This document shows, piece by piece, positions 23,813 through 30,459 of a DNA stretch of 32,000 nucleotides. Position 1 is the stretch's first letter. Each line of letters opens with the position of its first letter. Under the pieces are notes generated by a model. That model was not told the origin of the DNA, ran no database searches, and saw only the letters and a program-made list of their open reading frames with translations. This DNA comes from Haloquadratum walsbyi C23 (lineage in GTDB: Archaea > Halobacteriota > Halobacteria > Halobacteriales > Haloferacaceae). A program made the translations under genes and the position numbers. The stretch lies in the NCBI RefSeq assembly GCF_000237865.1, contig NC_017459.1, positions 60,001 to 92,000 of the forward strand, written 5' to 3'.

Positions 23813-24012
23813 GCTGGCATTTCTCCCGCCCGAGAGCAAAAATCCTCACATATCTGTCTGTGATTCGTGTCCACATTTCGATACAGTATCGGGCTTTTCC
23901 ATCTGCTGTCGGCAATTCACATTCTGTTTGCTCAATCTCATTGTAATCGCTTGAACATTATCTCCACACAAAGTTGACTGGATTTATACGAATTAATATG
24001 ATATACCTATCT

Positions 24013-24483
24013 ATGTTTGAGACGATCGTCATCGCTACCGACGGCTCTGAAAGCGTTCGTCGAGCGGTTGATACTGGGTTAGATATTGCTTCGCGGTTTG
24101 ATGCAACGGTTCACTGTTTATATGTCGTTGATGAGAATAATACTGATAGCAATAAACCACTGAGCGACTCGGATAATGATCAAATGACGCTTTATGAACA
24201 TGGAGAAAAAGCGGTCAATACCGTGGCAGGACGAGCCAATCACGAGGTTATCACAGCAATTAAACATGGAAATCCATCAGATAAAATCGAAGCATACGCA
24301 CGTGATATCGATGCTGATGTCATCGCAATGGGTACTCGTGGTCGACATGGTGAAAATCGATTTCTCATTGGATCTGTTGCAGAAAAACTCGTCCGAACGG
24401 CCCCACTCCCTGTGTTGACTGTTCGTCAACTCGCTGCTGATGAGACTGATGAACGATTGAGTGGAACTCCAGAGCGAATGTGA
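24013..24483 (+). CDS. universal stress protein (UspA family)
   Basis: I prefer the start MFETIVIATDGSES at 24013. VHCLYVVD ... DVIAMGTRGRHGENRFLIGSVAEKLVRTAPLPVLTV is the canonical USP ATP-binding motif. Confidence 0.8.
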   Translation: MFETIVIATDGSESVRRAVDTGLDIASRFDATVHCLYVVDENNTDSNKPLSDSDNDQMTLYEHGEKAVNTVAGRANHEVITAIKHGNPSDKIEAYARDIDADVIAMGTRGRHGENRFLIGSVAEKLVRTAPLPVLTVRQLAADETDERLSGTPERM

Positions 24484-24766
24484 CGTTCTCTCAGGAATGA
24501 GTGCCGAGAATCCTTCGGTAAATACTCCATCTATCGCCACAGCGCGCATATCGGTAGCGAACGTACACGCTTGTTGATAGTGAACTGGGTAGGTGATACG
24601 AAGTGCGTTTCAATATCGAACTTGCGTTTCAATATCTTTCCCGCTCCAGATTCGAGCAATTGATTTATTTATCCACTGAATCGTCCGTATCGCTCAACAA
24701 TACTGACATCAAGACAGTTACTGTCTTGAGTATCAATCACATAGTGTAGTTGTTGATTCAATAATT

Positions 24767-26086
24767 ATGGACGACGAACTCATTAATAGCGCACATCTCT
24801 CACTTTCGCGGAAATCTCGACTCCCAGGGGCTGGATTTTTTTATCCGGATTCGGTCGATGATGACGATGAAGACACACACGAGGCAGTCGCAAATGCGGA
24901 TGTAGTCGTTATTGCAGACGCTGATGCTGATGGACTTGGCTGCGTTGCATTACTTCGTGAGATGTATGATGCGACGATTGCGTGGGATGCGTTTGAACCA
25001 GTCGTTGCAAATCGTGTCACTCGGTGGGAACGTGGGACTGATTCCACACATACCACCGATGAGACAACAGACGCATCTACCGACGACCCTTCTTCTGAAT
25101 TCACAAAAATATCACAAGAAACAGAGACGGAGGTAGAAGTTGAGAATGAACATAACAATAAGGATGAAGACGAAAATATAGTATCCACTTCATCTCCTGA
25201 ATCGGCTGTTGCACTCATTACAGCGAGTCCATACTCAATTGATGATGCACTATCAACTGTTGCAATGGAAGCGCCAGTTGGCGTTGATGTCTATATCTGT
25301 GATCTTTGCCCTGATGAGTTCAATTGGATCGAAACAGAACTTACTGCGGTTGCTGACCGTGCTGAAACGGTTGCATGGTATGATCATCATCAATGGGATT
25401 CTTCTACAGCCGATGCGGTTCGTGACTGTGGTGTCGAGTTGGTGATTGGTGCATCCGATGAAGAATGCTCAACTGATGTTGCCCTTCGATCACTTCCATA
25501 TGAGTTCGAATCGCAATGGAGTGAACTGGCAACTGTCACCCGGGATCATGATCTGTGGATAAAAGAAGATGCCCGAAGTGATGACCTCGCTGATTATGCC
25601 TACTGGGCTCCTCCGGAGGAGTATGCAACGGTTGTCGGAACATACGGTGCTGATCTTCCAACCCTCGCATCAAGATATCTTGAACTCCGTCGCGTTGAAA
25701 AAAATGCACTCATTGATGCTGCCGTTGATCGTGCAGAACTTACGACTGTTGGTCCGTGGACAGTTGGAATCACCTACGGTCGCTGTTCACAGAACGAGGT
25801 TGCGGAAACATTGCGCTCACAGGGTGCTGATGCAGCTGTTGTGGTGAAACCTGCTGGCAGCGCGAGCATTCGTGGATCCGAGACGTTTGAACGTGCACAT
25901 GAAGTTGCTGGACGACTCAACGGTGGGGGTCATCCCCGTGCAGCAGGGTGTAAGCCAGATATTTATGATGATATGCTTGATTATGCACATCATTGGACAA
26001 CAGAAGGGTCACCAGCGAAGCATATTATTTTGCAAGCGTTCGAGGAAGTCGCTGCATCGCTTGAGACTGACCCCAACTCAAGCTAA
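24767..26086 (+). CDS. DHH/DHHA1 family phosphoesterase (archaeal RecJ-like)
   Basis: 439 aa. Motif I is VVIADADADGLGC, the DHH motif is WYDHHQW, and the DHHA1 motif is GGGHPRAAG. An acidic low-complexity insert lies between motifs I and II. Confidence 0.8.
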   Translation: MDDELINSAHLSLSRKSRLPGAGFFYPDSVDDDDEDTHEAVANADVVVIADADADGLGCVALLREMYDATIAWDAFEPVVANRVTRWERGTDSTHTTDETTDASTDDPSSEFTKISQETETEVEVENEHNNKDEDENIVSTSSPESAVALITASPYSIDDALSTVAMEAPVGVDVYICDLCPDEFNWIETELTAVADRAETVAWYDHHQWDSSTADAVRDCGVELVIGASDEECSTDVALRSLPYEFESQWSELATVTRDHDLWIKEDARSDDLADYAYWAPPEEYATVVGTYGADLPTLASRYLELRRVEKNALIDAAVDRAELTTVGPWTVGITYGRCSQNEVAETLRSQGADAAVVVKPAGSASIRGSETFERAHEVAGRLNGGGHPRAAGCKPDIYDDMLDYAHHWTTEGSPAKHIILQAFEEVAASLETDPNSS

Positions 26087-26230
26087 AACCGACTTTCAGC
26101 TTCTCTGTTGTCCTGTTCGTATCACTGTCTAAAATATATATATACACATGTACACATATACATACATATACGATCATCCGATACAATCCGGTGTTGAGTA
26201 TATAACATACTGATTATCTGTATAACAGCG

Positions 26231-26719
26231 TTAGTTGTCTTCGGTTAAACTCTCAACTGAAACGTCTTCACCAGGTTGAACACCGGTTTCAGTTTCTGAC
26301 CCAATAACCCATTTATCAGCATAATTGCAGCCACACGTACAATGAGCGTACGCATGCACAACGTCACCACGCGCATAAAGCCCACCAACAGCATCGTTCT
26401 GTGGTTCTGAGAACGCAAATATGAATTCAGTCTCGTGCGTATCGGCGTCCACGGTTCGCTTTGGACACTCACCACCCGTCAGCTTACGAGTAATATGACC
26501 GCGTGTTTCCATTGCCGTCTGTGCGAATGACATCGCTTCGATTCCGGTCGCTGCTTCAAACGCTTGTCGCCCGTCCTCACCATTGATTATGAGTATATCT
26601 CCGTTATCGACTGGGTTGGTCAGATGAGAAAGAGTGTCTGCATCAAGCGTGCCATCGGCGAGAAATAAGACAACATCCTCATGACGATCACCACGGAGAA
26701 ATGACTCACGTTTATCCAT
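26231..26719 (-). CDS. conserved hypothetical protein with C-terminal Cys/His cluster
   Basis: 162-aa acidic ORF. GGECPKR ... HAYAHCTCGCNYADKW suggests a metal site. I recognise no family with confidence. Confidence 0.6.
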   Translation of the reverse strand: MDKRESFLRGDRHEDVVLFLADGTLDADTLSHLTNPVDNGDILIINGEDGRQAFEAATGIEAMSFAQTAMETRGHITRKLTGGECPKRTVDADTHETEFIFAFSEPQNDAVGGLYARGDVVHAYAHCTCGCNYADKWVIGSETETGVQPGEDVSVESLTEDN

Positions 26720-26948
26720 ATTCCTGTGACGCTATGAAAGAATAAAAACCGCCTGAACACTGCTGTCATATCATACGCCCTGATCATCACCTAAGCTAGA
26801 TGTAAAGTAATATATAATCTAATTAGACCGAAAGATAGTACATTAATATATGTATAATCTTGTAATTAATGCTATAGTGTCGCATTATATCGAGCAATAT
26901 TTTTATTTCTCAATGTCATATAAATAAGTGCACTTGGAGGTGAGATCA

Positions 26949-27332
26949 ATGGTCCAAAACATGCCAACAACATGGACAAGTGGTCTTGATCTGCCAAATC
27001 GACTTTTCGGTTCTCAGACGAATCGCGCCAATGGAACTGAAAGTAGCTATGAACTGTATGAAGAGGACGACCGATTTGTCCTCAGCATCGATCTTCCCGG
27101 GTATGAACCCGAGGAGATTTCATTGCGATGGTATGATGGTCGTCTGAATGTCTCTGCTGAACACGTTGATGATGAACGTGGTCGTAAGCAGCAGACACAC
27201 CGAACGTTCCGAATGCCGAAGGACGTCATCGATGATAGTATTGAAGCGTCATACCGCAACGGCGTACTCGAGATCACACTCCCGATTGAAGATGAGTTAA
27301 CAGCTGGAAAAGAAATCCCAATCGAGAGTTGA
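26949..27332 (+). CDS. Hsp20/alpha-crystallin small heat shock protein
   Basis: YELYEEDDRFVLSIDLPGYEPEEISLRWYDGRLNVSAEH ... FRMPKDV..D.IEASYRNGVLEITLP is a classic ACD. The ATG at 26949 is preceded by GGAGGTGA (26936-26943), which is complementary to the 16S 3' end. The tracked GTG at 26928 is less likely. Confidence 0.85.
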   Translation: MVQNMPTTWTSGLDLPNRLFGSQTNRANGTESSYELYEEDDRFVLSIDLPGYEPEEISLRWYDGRLNVSAEHVDDERGRKQQTHRTFRMPKDVIDDSIEASYRNGVLEITLPIEDELTAGKEIPIES

Positions 27333-27719
27333 CCACGCAGTAGTGGTTGGTAATACGATGAATAATTAATTTACAGAACGGTTTGTTATACTCGATACAA
27401 GACGAGGACGAGTAGCATGGGGGGATTCCCTTGAGGCAGTTTCACCGGCTCTTACGGTGTTTTGATGTAATTGGACAGTAATGTGAGTCGATTCAATCGG
27501 TTGTATCAATTCTTGTGATATCTTCATCATCCTTTGATAACAGAATCATGACTGAAGTCGTGGGCTTCCTCCCACAATGTGGTTTTGACCCGAGTGGGTA
27601 GCTGACCTGAGGTATACAGATTCGAGGAGAACACCAAGGACTGAGATGCGGCACCCCCAGTAGTCTAAACCCACCTGAGGTCACGAGCATCCCGGTGGAT
27701 TCTCACTGTCTGGATGCTT

Positions 27720-27806
27720 GGTGGGACTGCAACCCTGCAATCTCCACCACTCATGCTCACGCTCACGCTCAGGATTCCTCCGCGTTCACACCGAGGAGGA
27801 TGTCAA
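27720..27806 (+). mobile_element. orphan IS1341-type right-end-like sequence (no adjacent tnpB ORF)
   Basis: GGTGGGACTGCAACCCTGCAATCTCCACCACTCA...CAGGATTCC TCCGCGTTCACACCGAGGAGGATGTCAA aligns by eye with 14408-14489. Shared blocks are GGT..ACCCT..AAT.TC.CA.C.CTCA, GGATTCC, a terminal imperfect hairpin, and GAGGATGTCAA. The 180 nt upstream carry only faint Zn-ribbon-like remnants (PQCGFDPSG, LRCG). Confidence 0.5.
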
Positions 27807-27888
27807 TACAGGTTCAGGTTAATCACTGTTCAAGACCGCATGCAGCCCTTTCGACGTTCTTTTTATTACTGGTCGCTTGGTCACGAAT

Positions 27889-28404
27889 ATGGCTGAATTC
27901 AAAGTCGTCGTCTCGGATGAGACAGGTCATACTCGACAGTTCGAGGTCGACGAACAAGATGCAAATCGGTTCCTCGGTCGCAATCTTGGCAATGAGGTCG
28001 ATGGGAACGCAGTTGGACTTGATGGAGCAACACTTGAATTGACTGGTGGCTCAGATGATGCCGGTCGTCCAATGCGTGAGGATGTGTCCGGATCTGATCT
28101 CAAAGAACTGCTTCTTGAGGGTGGCGTCGGATATGAACCAACCCGTGATGGTGAGCGGAAACGCATCACTGTACGCGGTCGTCAAGTCTCTGATGAGACA
28201 GCACAAGTCAATGCAGCTGTTGTTGGGGAGACACCGATCGCTGTATTACTCGGTGAGGAAGAGCCCGAGGATGCAGATGATGATGGAGATTCGGATGTGG
28301 ATGCAGATGATGATGGAGATTCGGATGTGGATGCAGATGAAGCGACTGACACCGACGCAGAAAGTGAGGAAGATAATGACGATGATATAGCTGACGCCGA
28401 GTAG
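27889..28404 (+). CDS. rps6e: 30S ribosomal protein S6e with acidic C-terminal extension
   Basis: [39 protein letters not shown]...[18 protein letters not shown]...[22 protein letters not shown] is the S6e family pattern. The ATG at 27889 has a TTTTTATTA TATA-like box 21-29 nt upstream, consistent with a leaderless-type promoter. Confidence 0.88.
   Translation: MAEFKVVVSDETGHTRQFEVDEQDANRFLGRNLGNEVDGNAVGLDGATLELTGGSDDAGRPMREDVSGSDLKELLLEGGVGYEPTRDGERKRITVRGRQVSDETAQVNAAVVGETPIAVLLGEEEPEDADDDGDSDVDADDDGDSDVDADEATDTDAESEEDNDDDIADAE
28271..28340. repeat. perfect 30-bp tandem duplication (2.3 copies) inside the rps6e tail
   Basis: ATGCAGATGATGATGGAGATTCGGATGTGG occurs at 28271-28300 and again at 28301-28330, followed by ATGCAGATGA. 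It encodes [10 protein letters not shown] twice. Confidence 0.95.
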
Positions 28405-28409
28405 TTACT

Positions 28410-28853
28410 GTGGCGGGTCGTCTTCCAAGTGATCATGACCAGGTCCAGTCATATCGAGCATCGCTTATTCGGAGTGGGCGAATCCGACGTCCGTGTTTGC
28501 AACTCCCAACTGAGATCACGCTCACAGAGGATGAGGTCATACGGCTTCTGCTTGATGAGCAACAGACGCACGCTCGTATTAGTATCACCGCTGCCGATGA
28601 GCAGGTAATTCGCGGTGCGTTTAAGAACTCGCGAGTCGCTCAGGCGCCCGGTGAGGGAGAAAATCTGCTTGAGGGGTGGTGTGAGAAGCATGATCTCCAG
28701 ATTGGTGATGCAGTTGAAGTCGATGTGCTTGATGCAGGATTCTGCTATGGCTTGCGGTCGCCGGGTGACCGTGTTGTGTACTCTGTTCCATCTCGTCCGA
28801 ATGCGTCACTTCATAGTATCGCGCGTAATCTTGATCAAGATACCACTGAGTGA
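28410..28853 (+). CDS. conserved hypothetical protein, probably co-transcribed with rps6e
   Basis: 147-aa ORF starting at a GTG 5 nt after the rps6e stop, with no internal ATG. The body is acidic (…LTEDEVIRLLLDEQQTHARISITAADEQ…WCEKHDLQIGDAVEVDVLDAGFCYGLRSPGDRVVY). The exact start is uncertain. Confidence 0.55.
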   Translation: MAGRLPSDHDQVQSYRASLIRSGRIRRPCLQLPTEITLTEDEVIRLLLDEQQTHARISITAADEQVIRGAFKNSRVAQAPGEGENLLEGWCEKHDLQIGDAVEVDVLDAGFCYGLRSPGDRVVYSVPSRPNASLHSIARNLDQDTTE

Positions 28854-29422
28854 ATCACAATATCGGCTTATTCGATATGGTCGATAGACCGATTTGATTA
28901 GTATCTATTGCGTTATAGAAATTCTAAGACAGCAAATCGTGCCGAGATCTTTTTATTACGCATTATCACTTATATGCATGAGCGAAGATAATAAATCAAA
29001 AGAAGAACTGATTAGAAAATACGTATTTACACCGCGCTGGTAATTATCCTTGGTGGCATTATCCTAGTAGTTCCTGAGTTTATTGGGTGACTCACGCTTC
29101 ATATCTTGCCCAATCATTGGATAACGCAAATTACAGATCATATTATTTGAATCTTATTCAGATTCGATCATTCTCACAGTACCTTCCCCCTCAAGAGACA
29201 AGCGAGTGAAGAACCAGACTTGATAATCTGATTCGCACCGTCTTGTAGAGATCAGAACCCGTAGAGTATGGATGGATACCCTCCAGGATATGCTACCCAT
29301 ATATCCGAACAGTGTTATTGTCACTATTATCGAACGAGAAGCCTCCCACGAGAGCGTGGCAATCTTCGATACTATCCTCATGGGATGAATGACGAGCGAA
29401 AAACTCAATACAGGGAGCGGTA

Positions 29423-30088
29423 TCACCAGCGTACTGATATACCTGATTCGAAGGCAACGACGTCGTATCCTTGCGCTTCAATTGCAGTTGGTCGATAGTT
29501 ATTTGATATCAGTTGTTGTGGTAGACGGCGTAGCCCAAATCGATGATCTGCCTCCACATCAATGTCGATAGTAGTCCGTGTCGAACTGTCAGATTCGTCG
29601 GTCTCGGTTATAGTGATTTGATAACTACCCCATGCCGAATCGCCTGCAGTAACCACCAATCGAAAATCGGCGGCATCGTCCGATGTTGGCTGACATTCAA
29701 CAGCCATCTCCAGTGACCGCAGCCCTCGCAAATACTTGATCACATATCGACCACCACTATCCGTCGACTCAATCTGATTAGCTAGCCCCCAGTAGAATGG
29801 CAGAACTGGTGGTGTTGAACTTTCAAACTCTGCGCGTACTGTTTCAGGGGGTTTGTCCGTTGTAAGTTTGGTTTGACCGCCTGTGACAAACAGCGGGAAC
29901 CGAAAACCGAGAAAAATGATAATTGCAGATAAGAGCCATTGCAAAAATGGGAGTAGAAAGAAGCTCAGAGTAATAGATCCAACGACAATGATACCAACAA
30001 GATACGTCAGTGCGCGGGAGCGCCGATAATATTGTTCTGCAACCGCAGCTGCCTCAGCGGGGGGATCAACAGACTGAGTCGTCGACAT
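29423..30088 (-). CDS. hypothetical membrane protein (two adjacent TM helices)
   Basis: I prefer the start MSTTQSVDPP at 30088. TM helices are LTYLVGIIVVGSITLSFFLLPFL and LLSAIIIFLGFRFPLFV, followed by a soluble acidic domain. The tracked 50-aa N-terminal extension is non-acidic and likely spurious. Confidence 0.6.
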   Translation of the reverse strand: MSTTQSVDPPAEAAAVAEQYYRRSRALTYLVGIIVVGSITLSFFLLPFLQWLLSAIIIFLGFRFPLFVTGGQTKLTTDKPPETVRAEFESSTPPVLPFYWGLANQIESTDSGGRYVIKYLRGLRSLEMAVECQPTSDDAADFRLVVTAGDSAWGSYQITITETDESDSSTRTTIDIDVEADHRFGLRRLPQQLISNNYRPTAIEAQGYDVVAFESGISVRW

Positions 30089-30459
30089 AAAAATATATCC
30101 TGGCTGGACGGTCAAGACTCTAGCGTGCTCTCTCTGGACATGAAAATACGGTATCGACGAACACATTTGTGAGACTGTGAGGGGTCGTCTGTTCACCGAT
30201 TCAATTAGAGTGATGCTTGTCTGAACAGATACTACCATTGTCGATGATGGCTCGGTGAGACTATATCACTGTGAGAATCTGTGATATATCGGGGATTAAG
30301 ATCGAGCAAAGAATAATTAGTTTCAAACAACTGTAATTATCAGGTACTCGATTGGTTTATGCTGATTTATCCTCTCCATGAAGTGGGCGAGGTATGGTTG
30401 TGACTTTGACCCTCTCCCGACAACTTTTCACTCTCGATTAATGCTAATACATTACAGTC

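Noticed and set aside
26133-26172. Short repeat tracts that might be a CRISPR array: ATATATATACACATGTACACATATACATACATATAC here, (ATACA)n at 12443-12470, 12-bp repeats at 13390-13421, and ACACGCATACACATACAC at about 12270-12298
   Set aside because: These are microsatellite or low-complexity tracts with units of 12 bp or less and no spacers. No regularly spaced repeats of 25-40 bp occur anywhere in the window.
27400-27700. Possibility that the structured-looking hsp20-rps6e spacer encodes SRP (7S) RNA. The minus strand has UCAGGUC ... GGAGGAAGCCCAC.
   Set aside because: The conserved helix-8 core (CAGGCCCGGAAGGGAGCAGCC-like) is not contiguous, since about 30 nt intervene. No Alu-domain or terminal pairing is evident. 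The tracked 65-aa ORF at 27493-27690 is non-acidic and likely spurious.
27853-27868. T-run (GTTCTTTTTATT) as a terminator for the upstream RE-like element
   Set aside because: Its position 21-29 nt before the rps6e ATG fits a TATA box for a leaderless mRNA better than a terminator. A dual role cannot be excluded.
29154-29498. Tracked ORFs of 90 aa (-), 76 aa (+) and 62 aa (-) downstream of the membrane protein gene
   Set aside because: Their basic, Cys/Tyr/Arg-rich or mixed composition is unlike the acidic proteome. They overlap one another and I recognise no motif in them. A decayed gene remnant remains possible.
30089-30238. N-terminal 50-aa extension of the membrane protein ORF, with the inverted repeat TATATCAC-N11-GTGATATA at 30262-30288 just upstream
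   Set aside because: The extension is non-acidic and precedes a good internal ATG. The inverted repeat is short, lies in AT-rich sequence, and has no further support.
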